From the IMG/VR virus record IMGVR_UViG_3300009684_000030: DNA of 64,000 nt. One strand, given 5' to 3'. The notes under the pieces are model-generated. The model did no database searches. It was not told where the DNA came from and saw nothing but the letters and a program-made list of their open reading frames with translations. This document shows positions 46,167 to 54,987 of the stretch, one piece after another. Numbering within the stretch: the first letter of the stretch is position 1; each line of letters starts with the position of its first letter. A program made the translations under genes and the position numbers. The stretch is from an uncultured virus (IMG/VR IMGVR_UViG_3300009684_000030). Its lineage: Duplodnaviria; Heunggongvirae; Uroviricota; Caudoviricetes.

Positions 46167-46517
46167 TAACTAAATTCGCTAAAGTTGAAAATAGTTTGGG
46201 CTATTACAAACCAACCACTTAGGAGGACACCGATTTTTCCATGAGGACAGAAATTGCTACAATTGAGCCAAATCTAGGTTCTAGACACTCCTAAACCATT
46301 GGTTTCCAACGGTCATAATAGTAGTTTTAGCTTCAAATCATTGATTTGAGCCCCAATAGGGTGAACCTCCATTAGGACCCAGGCATCTCCTCCTAGGAGC
46401 CTTAACCTCAACTCATCACTAATTTCCAAATGAAGATCCCCAGACCGATCATAATCGAGATCGAAATCAGAGGCCCTACTGTCCAGGCTAGGAATCGGGT
46501 AAGTTCGAATTGCAGTT

Positions 46518-46682
46518 TCATAATGTTAAGGCGGCTGAAATAATCATACTAACGATTCCGATAATTGCAAATGTTCGTACAATTACATTCATATAAGGAC
46601 CAAATAAACAATACCCCGTGCAAAGGCTAGTAGAAAAAAGCATTAGGTTATTAATGATGGCATGTATTGTATGTGTATTCAT
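46518..46682 (-). CDS. Small membrane protein
   Basis: MNTHTIHAII..., two hydrophobic segments. Confidence 0.5.
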   Translation of the reverse strand: MNTHTIHAIINNLMLFSTSLCTGYCLFGPYMNVIVRTFAIIGIVSMIISAALTL

Positions 46683-46689
46683 GGTAGTG

Positions 46690-47178
46690 TTATTTATTAA
46701 AATCAACAATAACAATGTCGGAGAAATCTTCAAAGACGCATTCGAGCATTTTCTCAACAATTCTCCAATCGCCCCCAGCTCTAAATGCCCCCATGTATTT
46801 AGGAACTCCAATCACTCCTTTAAATCCATCCTTTTGTAATACATCCCGAACTTTTTCAAGAGTTACATATAATGCTTCATAGTTCAAAAATCGTGAACCA
46901 GAGCCATACAGATTTTGAGCATGAAGATTAAAGATATATCCACCCCCTTTGTAAAGGGAACTAGTATACGAAATAGTACCAAGTTCAAGATAAGAATGTC
47001 CCATAAGATCTAACTCTATTGGATGATCCATATATGCCTGATAAGCCTGTGGGTATCTGTTCTTAATCTGAAAAGCAATTCCAGCACCCATAACACGTTG
47101 ACAATTACAGACATGCAGAATAGCATCTACAGTCCCAGTTTCAAATTCCTTTAGGAGGTCTCCTTTAATTACTTTCAT
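46690..47178 (-). CDS. Macro domain (ADP-ribose processing, Poa1p/TARG-like) protein
   Basis: IKGDLL..HVCNCQRVMGAGIA..P.MGA.RAGGDW. Confidence 0.85.
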   Translation of the reverse strand: MKVIKGDLLKEFETGTVDAILHVCNCQRVMGAGIAFQIKNRYPQAYQAYMDHPIELDLMGHSYLELGTISYTSSLYKGGGYIFNLHAQNLYGSGSRFLNYEALYVTLEKVRDVLQKDGFKGVIGVPKYMGAFRAGGDWRIVEKMLECVFEDFSDIVIVDFNK

Positions 47179-47199
47179 ATATGTTTCTTTTTAAGATTC

Positions 47200-47436
47200 T
47201 CAACGCATCGACCGATTCCATTCTTGCTCACGGAGTTTATGATAAGTCCGTGCCAAAGTCTTATCAGCCTTATTGGAGGCAACGATCCAACCATTCGGCT
47301 GACGAGTAAGAACCCAGGTATTGCCGAGACCGAATCGGCCCCGCTTCAAAAAGAGACCGAGAGCCTCTGCAGGAGTACTTGCCTCGATGAGATTTTCCTT
47401 GCCGAGGCGATCAATAACGATGTATGTAATGTCCAT
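47200..47436 (-). CDS. Hypothetical early protein
   Basis: Likely start MDITYIV after a CA-rich leader. Confidence 0.55.
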   Translation of the reverse strand: MDITYIVIDRLGKENLIEASTPAEALGLFLKRGRFGLGNTWVLTRQPNGWIVASNKADKTLARTYHKLREQEWNRSMR

Positions 47437-47476
47437 AATGTAGTGTGCGTGTATATGTGTGTGTGTATGAGAGAGA

Positions 47477-47791
47477 TTAGGCAGGAACGGCAAGATTAAA
47501 TGAACCGCAGCAATTATAGACATTATAGCCGATGAAGCCGTTTTTATTGTATGAGCGAATCAGATCACCGCCGACAACCCAGACACCGTTAATACCGAGG
47601 GTATTCTTATTATAGATGTCAGAATCCGTAGCGCGAACAAAATTGCTATTATAGTCACGTTCAACGCAGTCGGTCATTCCGTCAAATGTGCTTTGAACTT
47701 CAACAAATAGATTCTTGCGGTTTTTCCGAATGAAGGCCTTGAGGGTAGCCACAGTGGCTTTTTTAGTAGGGGCGATAGTGATTGCGGTCAT
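47477..47791 (-). CDS. Hypothetical early protein
   Basis: ATLKAFIRKN..FDGMTDCV..NTLGINGVWVVG..VYNCCGSF; first gene behind a promoter. Confidence 0.7.
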   Translation of the reverse strand: MTAITIAPTKKATVATLKAFIRKNRKNLFVEVQSTFDGMTDCVERDYNSNFVRATDSDIYNKNTLGINGVWVVGGDLIRSYNKNGFIGYNVYNCCGSFNLAVPA

Positions 47792-47819
47792 ATAGGTGGT
47801 AGTGGTTGCTTACGGCTTA

Positions 47820-47848
47820 ATCATAACATATTTTTAGCCATTTGTATA
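47820..47848 (-). promoter_or_regulatory. Early promoter, cassette class (copy 2)
   Basis: TATACA-17-TATGAT, followed by AAGCCGTAAGC as in copy 1. Confidence 0.7.
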
Positions 47849-48003
47849 CAACTAAATCAATAAAGTTGAAAATATTTTGCTTTGTTGCAAACCAACTACT
47901 TACATCCAATGGCCGGTGAACCACTTATGAGCACATGTATATGCCAAATATGATCCAATCATAATAATTGCTATCACATCAATACTATCAACAATAACTA
48001 CAC

Positions 48004-48321
48004 TCATACTTCACCAGATCCTACAATAATCTTTGCAAGTTGAAGAGGAGTCTTAATTTCGGCCATCTTTGATTTTGCTGAGCCCTTGGCTTTCATCCCC
48101 TTGGTGCCACAATCATTCTCAAAAATGTACCATGAAATCCAATCATCTTTATCACAAAGCTCAAGCATAAGAGAAAAGGATTCCCAGATAGCACTATGAA
48201 GAGGTCCTTCAATATCCATTGCACCGACCAACATTACTGCTTCCGTTGCGGCATCTAACTTTTGATAAGAAGCTACAATTTTTGTAATGACGGCTTCCCA
48301 ATTTTTAATTTGTGTTTTCAT
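48004..48321 (-). CDS. Hypothetical protein
   Basis: DWISWYIFENDCG motif; 105 aa. Confidence 0.65.
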   Translation of the reverse strand: MKTQIKNWEAVITKIVASYQKLDAATEAVMLVGAMDIEGPLHSAIWESFSLMLELCDKDDWISWYIFENDCGTKGMKAKGSAKSKMAEIKTPLQLAKIIVGSGEV

Positions 48322-48326
48322 ATGTA

Positions 48327-48932
48327 TTATAGAGTTGGTGTATAATCTTTAAGATATTTAAAAAGTTCTAATGTTTTTTCAACATCGTATAAGGCGTCAT
48401 GCGCTGCAGATTCATCCCAACCAAGACCCGCACATTTACAAATAGTTCCAAGCTTAAAATTGGGAAATGCTCCACGGACCCGTTGTGCAAAATATGCTGT
48501 TGCCTGCATTACACAAATCGGAGGTGTCCAAAACCAGGGCCCAAAGTAGTTATCATCATTTTTTGAAAAGAACTCGCGAATAAAATCAGCATCAAACTGA
48601 GCATTATAGGCTACAAAATGTAGTTTATCTGCCTTATTGAATTTATTGCAATGGCGTGATAAAACTTCGATAAAACCTACATATGCTTGGGGTGCTGTCA
48701 TCTCCAATGCTTCTAACTTCTCTAATGTCATTCCAGTCTTTTCAGTTGAACCTGGATCAATATGTTCTAAGGAGAATGGCTGAAATCGGAAGTCAAACTT
48801 TTCAAGGATATTCAAATCAGGGTCTGTGATAATTCCTGAAAGTTGAAAGATGTTATTTAACTTCCTATCAAGGCCAGTTGTTTCACAGTCGATTATACAG
48901 TAGCGATAGCCGTTATACTCATTATCATTCAT
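48327..48932 (-). CDS. DEDDh 3'-5' exonuclease (DNA pol III epsilon-like)
   Basis: IDCETTG, YNAQFD, HDALYD. Confidence 0.9.
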   Translation of the reverse strand: MNDNEYNGYRYCIIDCETTGLDRKLNNIFQLSGIITDPDLNILEKFDFRFQPFSLEHIDPGSTEKTGMTLEKLEALEMTAPQAYVGFIEVLSRHCNKFNKADKLHFVAYNAQFDADFIREFFSKNDDNYFGPWFWTPPICVMQATAYFAQRVRGAFPNFKLGTICKCAGLGWDESAAHDALYDVEKTLELFKYLKDYTPTL

Positions 48933-48938
48933 ACCAAT

Positions 48939-48967
48939 ATTATATCATAAACATCGAATAATGTAAA
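48939..48967 (-). promoter_or_regulatory. Sigma70-like promoter, likely leaderless transcript
   Basis: TTTACA-17-TATAAT-6 nt-ATG(48932). Confidence 0.7.
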
Positions 48968-48975
48968 TAACAAAA

Positions 48976-49392
48976 TCAATCTTCTTTTGGTTTGATGATA
49001 AGACTCTCGTTAAAAATAAGGGATGGTATTAATTTCACAAATTTACGTTTACAAATACATCCTTTAAGTTCTGTGATTGCCCGAATATTTTTAATTTCCT
49101 GCCGCAATCTCATTATTCTGGCTTTATGAGCAAGAGATTTTTCTTCGAGTTCTTTAATCTCCTCTTTAAGCGAATTATTTTCTTCTGCTAAACGCGCATT
49201 CGCATTGCGAAGATTCTCCATATCCATTGGAAGACAAACCATATCTTTATGTTGTACTAAACGATCGGCATAATCTGACATCCATTTATAATCTTCCCAA
49301 GAGACATAAGGACCATCAGATTCAACTAGCATTACATCATAGTTAGGATCTTCATTATAGTTGTATCGTTTAACTCTCATATTATTCATCAT
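48976..49392 (-). CDS. Hypothetical coiled-coil protein
   Basis: Heptad-like LRNANARLAEENNSLKEEIKELEE. Confidence 0.6.
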   Translation of the reverse strand: MMNNMRVKRYNYNEDPNYDVMLVESDGPYVSWEDYKWMSDYADRLVQHKDMVCLPMDMENLRNANARLAEENNSLKEEIKELEEKSLAHKARIMRLRQEIKNIRAITELKGCICKRKFVKLIPSLIFNESLIIKPKED

Positions 49393-49497
49393 CTTTAAAA
49401 ATAAACATATCTAAAATTATCATTGCAATTGCTATTACAAATGTAATTATATTGAATGTTGAAAGATACTCCACATACTATTTATGAATAGGCTTAT

Positions 49498-50085
49498 TTA
49501 TGTATCAATATCTGCAATAAACTCACAGGTATTAGTATAATCAATAATCTTCGGCAGTAAATCTTTCATATGATCATACCGATGAGTTCCACCTGAACGA
49601 ATATCAAGTAGGAAGTCCTTGAATGTATTCACTGCATTGCTCTGATCAATTACTTCATCATCACGATTAACAGCAACAAAGGGCACATATTCATATGCAT
49701 TTCCATTCAGATTCATATTTTGTTTGAAATATGAATCAACCGTAATATTAGATAATGATTTTACTTCTCCTGTTAAATAATTTGTATATGGTAAACCCGC
49801 ATTTGCCTTTAGATCTTCATAGGGATTAATAGAAGGATTTAATAGAATTGATGGAACTCCGTAATATTCTGCAAGAGCAGCAGCATAATATCCCCCAAGA
49901 CTTGTCCCAATGAATACTTTATCTTTAATTGCCGAACAGGCTAATTTTAGTTTATTTAGAATCATTAGCCGACTCTCAAAGGTATCATAGGTAATACCCA
50001 TGATATTATTATGCTCAGCTAAAATTCTAACCTTATCAGATGAGGAATTATATGCCGAATTAAAGCCGTGGAGGTAAATAAACAT
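49498..50085 (-). CDS. YqiA/YcfP-like alpha/beta hydrolase (esterase)
   Basis: YLHGFNS, GTSLGGYYA nucleophile elbow, LLNPS, DEVID, GGTH. Confidence 0.88.
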   Translation of the reverse strand: MFIYLHGFNSAYNSSSDKVRILAEHNNIMGITYDTFESRLMILNKLKLACSAIKDKVFIGTSLGGYYAAALAEYYGVPSILLNPSINPYEDLKANAGLPYTNYLTGEVKSLSNITVDSYFKQNMNLNGNAYEYVPFVAVNRDDEVIDQSNAVNTFKDFLLDIRSGGTHRYDHMKDLLPKIIDYTNTCEFIADIDT

Positions 50086-50088
50086 ATA

Positions 50089-50715
50089 TTAGATGATGTG
50101 TTGATCTACCGATCCCATTGCAACCTTTAGATGAGGCTGGCCTCCAATAATGCGAACATAGAAGTAATTACGAAGAATTTTCAAACGATTATATACAGCT
50201 TGGTCAGCCTTATCAAGGTTGTCATTTACATATTCTTGAGTAGGAACAATAACGGTATTATCATGTATAATATGTGATACTTCTGATGGAGTTATTAGAT
50301 AAGGTTCAATAACTTCAAATGGGGCGGATTTCATCATCATCACAAGAGCACCTTTTGATTTCTCGCCCCAACTTATTTTAAGTTCGGATTTAAATACATC
50401 AGATAAAATCTTCTTGGCTTGCATAGACCCATCGGTTACATATGCAACTGCTTTTCGGCCGCCTTTATCTTTATACATTGCTACAACTAAAACCTTTCCA
50501 TTAGTTTCATATACTTTCCAAAATGGAATATTCTCTATCATATCCTCCTTGGTTTTGAATCCAGAACCATGAATTCCTCCAATCTTTGCATATGAGGATT
50601 GAAGAATATCCCAAACTCGATCTACAATTTTTTCACGATCGGAGATAGAATCCTTTCCAATGAAGTTTTTAAATCCTTCATTTAATTCTGTATATTTCCC
50701 GAATGATAAAATCAT
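50089..50715 (-). CDS. Hypothetical protein, possible internal head protein
   Basis: N-terminus MILSFGKYTELNE; GATAAATA late-like promoter just upstream. Confidence 0.55.
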   Translation of the reverse strand: MILSFGKYTELNEGFKNFIGKDSISDREKIVDRVWDILQSSYAKIGGIHGSGFKTKEDMIENIPFWKVYETNGKVLVVAMYKDKGGRKAVAYVTDGSMQAKKILSDVFKSELKISWGEKSKGALVMMMKSAPFEVIEPYLITPSEVSHIIHDNTVIVPTQEYVNDNLDKADQAVYNRLKILRNYFYVRIIGGQPHLKVAMGSVDQHII

Positions 50716-50719
50716 ATAT

Positions 50720-50926
50720 CTATTTATCTTTTGACTCGGCAGTCATAGACCAGAATAGTAATACTAACCATACAATTCCAGTTCCGCCACAAACAATATT
50801 GATTGCAAGAACCATCCAAGGATATTCAATTTTCCGAATAAATGCAATAATTGACGGAAGAAAGAAAACTACACCTATGAAAGATAGAACTATGAGAGCT
50901 GATAATGTACCGATAAGTGTTTCCAT
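50720..50926 (-). CDS. Superinfection immunity (Imm-like) membrane protein
   Basis: FFLPSIIAFIRK...INIVCGGTGIVWLVLLFWS resembles the T4 Imm family pattern. Confidence 0.75.
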   Translation of the reverse strand: METLIGTLSALIVLSFIGVVFFLPSIIAFIRKIEYPWMVLAINIVCGGTGIVWLVLLFWSMTAESKDK

Positions 50927-51156
50927 TATTTATGATATGCTGTATTAAATCGTTCCAATTCATTTGCAAATACTCTAAAGGCATCCGCTGTTTCATGTCG
51001 TTTCATAACATCCTCTTTATTAGCTTCTTTACGTAGTAGCTCTGCCCAACGAGTAGAATCTCCCATTGCCTGTAAAGTCAATTTCCAATATCTCCATCCT
51101 TGATTAAGACCAAGATGACGAAAGCAAAAATAGAGGTGAATAATTTTAAATATCAT
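50926..51156 (-). CDS. Hypothetical protein
   Basis: Likely start MIFKII. Confidence 0.5.
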   Translation of the reverse strand: MIFKIIHLYFCFRHLGLNQGWRYWKLTLQAMGDSTRWAELLRKEANKEDVMKRHETADAFRVFANELERFNTAYHK

Positions 51157-51496
51157 GATCGTTAATCCACTTGAAAATATTAGGACCGTATAGTGTCCAC
51201 ATAACAGCTTCAAACATATATTGTTGAACATCTTTAGTGCTTCTACCTTCCGCTAGATTTTTCATATAATAGTCGGCATATATACTCAACTTATCAATAT
51301 TTACTACCTCTAATTGTTTTGGAATTTCGGGCGTTTCTGGCTTAATTCTAAAATGGCTAGACGGTAATGGTAACTCAAAATGCGGATCACTAGTATCATT
51401 CCATGCAGACCCAACGGCATTTAGCCATTGAATTGTCTCACCATTTGCTAATGCCGTAATAACGGGTAATAGTTCCTTTGCTTGTTGTTCTTTCAT
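51146..51496 (-). CDS. Hypothetical protein
   Basis: Likely start MKEQQAKELLPVITALANGETIQ. Confidence 0.6.
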   Translation of the reverse strand: MKEQQAKELLPVITALANGETIQWLNAVGSAWNDTSDPHFELPLPSSHFRIKPETPEIPKQLEVVNIDKLSIYADYYMKNLAEGRSTKDVQQYMFEAVMWTLYGPNIFKWINDHDI

Positions 51497-51500
51497 ATAA

Positions 51501-51839
51501 TTAGTTCCAGTTAACACGCTTGGTGATTTTAACCTGAATGGGTGGAGCGTCATCGTCTATGTAAATCACTAGTTGATGTTTGGTACCTTCCTTGATATGA
51601 CAAGGAACAGCAGTAAAAAGAGGATCCTCTTGGCAATAATTTGGAGTAAGTTCAACGAGATGAGTTGCCGCTGGGAATAGATTTTTAGTAGCCTCATCAA
51701 TCTCATAAAGAGTCCGCCAAGATTTCCATTTATCAAGAGCAACAGAGGTTAGAGTTGTCTTCAAACGAGGGCGCGACCAAATCGCACCATTTGAAGTAGT
51801 GAATGTCAAAATTCCATTTTTATCTGCTAGGAGTTTCAT
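51501..51839 (-). CDS. Hypothetical protein
   Basis: 112-aa ORF in operon. Confidence 0.6.
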   Translation of the reverse strand: MKLLADKNGILTFTTSNGAIWSRPRLKTTLTSVALDKWKSWRTLYEIDEATKNLFPAATHLVELTPNYCQEDPLFTAVPCHIKEGTKHQLVIYIDDDAPPIQVKITKRVNWN

Positions 51840-52120
51840 AAGGTGGGGCGAATACGATAATCATAAACAATAACGAAGTTCAGATTAGGCTCATTCATCG
51901 GAATGACGGTCTCATGGAAAGATTCTACTCCAAATCCTCCAGACTTAATATCCGCGTCATTGAGTAAATAAATCATAGCGATGTTACCTGCAAGGAGGCA
52001 AGGGACATCATTCATATCGTGAAACATTTCTCCATCGTCGATAGCTTCGAGGAGTTCATTATCAAGTTCTGCAGCGAGGTAATTTGCCGCTGCTTTAATA
52101 GCATCACTTAGTGTGTTCAT
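51836..52120 (-). CDS. Hypothetical acidic protein
   Basis: 94-aa ORF in operon. Confidence 0.6.
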   Translation of the reverse strand: MNTLSDAIKAAANYLAAELDNELLEAIDDGEMFHDMNDVPCLLAGNIAMIYLLNDADIKSGGFGVESFHETVIPMNEPNLNFVIVYDYRIRPTL

Positions 52121-52126
52121 ATAAAA

Positions 52127-52357
52127 TTAGGCTGTAAGAATAGTTCCCTTATCGGTATTAGGATTGAAGCGATAAATGTCACCGTCGGCATTCTTAATAT
52201 CAATTGTAACCTTGTTGACCTTCATAACCGTATAGGCGATCCGAATGGTTTCCCAACAATTACGACCGTCATCATAATCGGTAGCGATAACAATTTTTTG
52301 ACCGACTGTATACGGAAGGTCTTTGAGGATCGGAGGAGCTTTGAAGAGGAGTTTCAT
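52127..52357 (-). CDS. Hypothetical early protein
   Basis: First ORF behind the promoter at 52383-52411. Confidence 0.65.
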   Translation of the reverse strand: MKLLFKAPPILKDLPYTVGQKIVIATDYDDGRNCWETIRIAYTVMKVNKVTIDIKNADGDIYRFNPNTDKGTILTA

Positions 52358-52382
52358 AATGTGGTGGTTTGCTTACAACAAT

Positions 52383-52411
52383 ATTGTACCATAAATTTAG
52401 CCATTTGTACA
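52383..52411 (-). promoter_or_regulatory. Early promoter, cassette class (copy 3)
   Basis: TGTACA-17-TACAAT with TGG extension. Confidence 0.8.
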
Positions 52412-52454
52412 TAAGAAAATCACCATTTGACGAAAATAATTTGGCCTCTGGAAA

Positions 52455-52505
52455 CCAACTACTTAGGAGGATGATTGAAAAATATTTTTCCTCCTAAGTA
52501 GTTGG
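52455..52505. repeat. Perfect 17-bp inverted repeat with 17-bp spacer
   Basis: ccaactacttaggagga ... tcctcctaagtagttgg. Confidence 0.9.
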
Positions 52506-52591
52506 AAATCAATAGACCTTTATAATGACCAAACCTCAAGCCCTTAGGACTTCAACCTACATCTTTCGGTGGGGGGATTCCCATTGTGTCA

Positions 52592-53011
52592 TCACAATTG
52601 CTTCAAAACAATGCCAAATACCTCGGCTAATTCCTTGGCAGATGATGTCGGATAGTCCTCACGATAGTAGATTGTCTTCACATCGTGTGCTATCAATAAT
52701 TGCATACAGGATGTACATGGAAGGGTTGTACAGAAAACTGTCTCAACCTCACCTCGTTTGAATAGTGAGACGAGATTAACTTCCGCGTGTAGCATGAATT
52801 TTTGCCTAGATTCTCTATCATTCCAAAAATCCTCATCTGGATTAAATCCTGCAGGCAGACCATTATACCCTAGAGCAATAATTCGATTATGTTTATCTGC
52901 TGCAACAGCCCCAACCTTTCGGAAAGGATCTTCTGACCTTAATGCAGCAGTATGAGCTAAGGTAATTCCGTATTCTTCAAAACTAATTCGTGTTGTCATT
53001 AAATACTCCAT
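52592..53011 (-). CDS. dCMP deaminase
   Basis: RSEDP..VGA..GYNG..HAEVN..PCTSC. Confidence 0.92.
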   Translation of the reverse strand: MEYLMTTRISFEEYGITLAHTAALRSEDPFRKVGAVAADKHNRIIALGYNGLPAGFNPDEDFWNDRESRQKFMLHAEVNLVSLFKRGEVETVFCTTLPCTSCMQLLIAHDVKTIYYREDYPTSSAKELAEVFGIVLKQL

Positions 53012-53246
53012 CTTCGGTTAACATCCTAATTGCATCATTATACATACCTTCCGTTATAGTAGTTGGATTATCATTTAAGCATTTACTCAAACGAGCATCC
53101 AGTCCATACTTATCCCTATCATCTTTATTAACTGCATGAATAGCTACTCTTTTAACTATAACATAATTCTCTTCATTTATCGTATACTCTATACAAAATA
53201 CATAAAGAACTTCATCTTTAAGTTCATAATGTCGATGGACAAACAT
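52983..53246 (-). CDS. Hypothetical protein
   Basis: 87-aa ORF in operon. Confidence 0.55.
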   Translation of the reverse strand: MFVHRHYELKDEVLYVFCIEYTINEENYVIVKRVAIHAVNKDDRDKYGLDARLSKCLNDNPTTITEGMYNDAIRMLTEDGVFNDNTN

Positions 53247-53436
53247 ATTATCGGGGGCGGCGACGTTCGTAAGGAGATTCTCCGGCGGCCATGCGAGACC
53301 AATCTGAACCTACTGGTTTTGTTAGGAGGTACCCAATTGTAAGAAATGCAGATACAGCTAGAACAGAAACAGTTGACACAATAATTTTTTGCGAAGTATT
53401 CATATAATGTATATATTAAATCATTGTTTACTAGTT

Positions 53437-53637
53437 TTAGTAAGGCATTTCATGAACATAATATGGTTCATGTGTTTCAACAAACATCCAACCCTTACGA
53501 ATAAATTCCCCTTGAAAATACTTATTAATTAGAGTAACATTATTAGGATCTTTATTATAATCCTCCATACACTTATTAGTAAGCTGAGTCTTGACGGTGT
53601 GTTGAATCTTTTTTATGTAAAATTTATTGTGTTTCAT
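53437..53637 (-). CDS. Hypothetical protein
   Basis: Likely start MKHNKF. Confidence 0.5.
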   Translation of the reverse strand: MKHNKFYIKKIQHTVKTQLTNKCMEDYNKDPNNVTLINKYFQGEFIRKGWMFVETHEPYYVHEMPY

Positions 53638-53638
53638 A

Positions 53639-53944
53639 TTAATGCTTTTTCTTCTTAACAACTACTGCTCGTCTATATGACATTTCCTTGGACGGTATAC
53701 TCTGAAGTCCATTTTTATCAAATGCAACTACAGTAAAGTAGTATGTCGTATTATTAGCAAGATGTTGCTTTGGAACAATAACTGAAGTGTTTGGTCCCTT
53801 TGGAAGATGATAGTTATAATGTCCAGAAGATGTCCCATAACTCGCCTGATAATCTATCACAGTCGGCTCAGGATTCTTATTCCATGACAATATTTCTGCA
53901 TTGGCAAATGGACATGTTAGTAATAGTAATAGTGTTGTTTTCAT
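53639..53944 (-). CDS. Exported fibronectin type III-like domain protein
   Basis: Signal MKTTLLLLLTCPFANA; LSWNKNPE..Y..SYGTSSGHY..TYYFTVVAFD..G.QS.PS.E. Confidence 0.75.
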   Translation of the reverse strand: MKTTLLLLLTCPFANAEILSWNKNPEPTVIDYQASYGTSSGHYNYHLPKGPNTSVIVPKQHLANNTTYYFTVVAFDKNGLQSIPSKEMSYRRAVVVKKKKH

Positions 53945-53953
53945 ATATTTATT

Positions 53954-54148
53954 TTATAAACGAATAAGACGATGCATCCCATCAAAGTTTGCGATACCAC
54001 GAACTTCAACCCAATCAACGAACGAAAGTCCCCATCCCGTGGTTCCAATAGTTATAGTTCTACAGTATTCTGCAACAAGGCAGCGAACTTCATATTCAGT
54101 GAAGTCTCCATAGTCAACTTTATGTCTTTCTGGTAATTGCGGGTTCAT
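53954..54148 (-). CDS. Hypothetical protein
   Basis: Likely start MNPQLPERH; the upstream part of the track ORF overlaps another gene. Confidence 0.5.
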   Translation of the reverse strand: MNPQLPERHKVDYGDFTEYEVRCLVAEYCRTITIGTTGWGLSFVDWVEVRGIANFDGMHRLIRL

Positions 54149-54152
54149 AGCA

Positions 54153-54410
54153 TTAACCTCCTTGATGTCCCATAGCAATACCATCGGGATTTCTTGAAGC
54201 AGATCCTGCCCATTCACTTCCATTATAACATAACGGAAAAAATACCCTCTTCTTTGTCCAAATAGTAAATGGGATACCTTGTGTACCTCCGTATCCAGAA
54301 TCAAATTCTACATTTTCTTCTCCATCCTTAAATGTGGATGCTACAATGTCATCCCATGTTTCATCATGCATTGCGCGCTCGACTTCTTTTCGCCATGTTG
54401 TGTTGTCCAT
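54153..54410 (-). CDS. Hypothetical phage protein
   Basis: EFDSGYGGTQGIPFTIWTKKRVFFP..Y.GSEW..S..RNP. Confidence 0.7.
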   Translation of the reverse strand: MDNTTWRKEVERAMHDETWDDIVASTFKDGEENVEFDSGYGGTQGIPFTIWTKKRVFFPLCYNGSEWAGSASRNPDGIAMGHQGG

Positions 54411-54414
54411 ATTA

Positions 54415-54567
54415 TTATAGAACACGGATAAGTTTGCTGTAAGGCTCGGCATAGAAATACTCTTCAAGCAGAGTAAGATTTTGACTCAACCAAGAATATG
54501 CTGACTTATCCAGCAATTGGGTCCTTACTTTACGCCGAATGTCTTTTAGATGTTTTTTGTGTTTCAT
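54415..54567 (-). CDS. Hypothetical basic protein
   Basis: Likely start MKHKKHLK. Confidence 0.45.
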   Translation of the reverse strand: MKHKKHLKDIRRKVRTQLLDKSAYSWLSQNLTLLEEYFYAEPYSKLIRVL

Positions 54568-54586
54568 ATTTTCTCCATGTTGTTGT

Positions 54587-54886
54587 TTAGTAAATAAAGG
54601 TAAAGTCTTCTCGGTTAGCAAATACATATTCTGCAAATGCCTGTAGTTTGAATTGTGGCCCAAATAATTTCTGCCAATGTTTTGATTCAGAAATCATATA
54701 CTCATCATAGGATGCACGATGATTTGGATATTTTGCAAAAAATGCAGTTTCCAAATTTTTCATGGTGAACCAATTAAGAGATGCCTGATCCCGGGACTTA
54801 GTATATTCCATGCGATCCCGAGATAGTTTTCCAAGGAATAGCATTGCATGTGATGCGTCAAGAGGTTGTGTGTTCATATTATCCAA
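54587..54886 (-). CDS. Hypothetical protein
   Basis: 99-aa ORF in operon. Confidence 0.6.
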   Translation of the reverse strand: MDNMNTQPLDASHAMLFLGKLSRDRMEYTKSRDQASLNWFTMKNLETAFFAKYPNHRASYDEYMISESKHWQKLFGPQFKLQAFAEYVFANREDFTFIY

Positions 54887-54987
54887 ATTTGGTCATGAAA
54901 AATAGAAAGGCAATAAAAGAAATTGTGCCGAGGGCTGACTCAGCTACATCTTGCCAAGTTGTTAATGCTAGGATTAGATATTCCATA

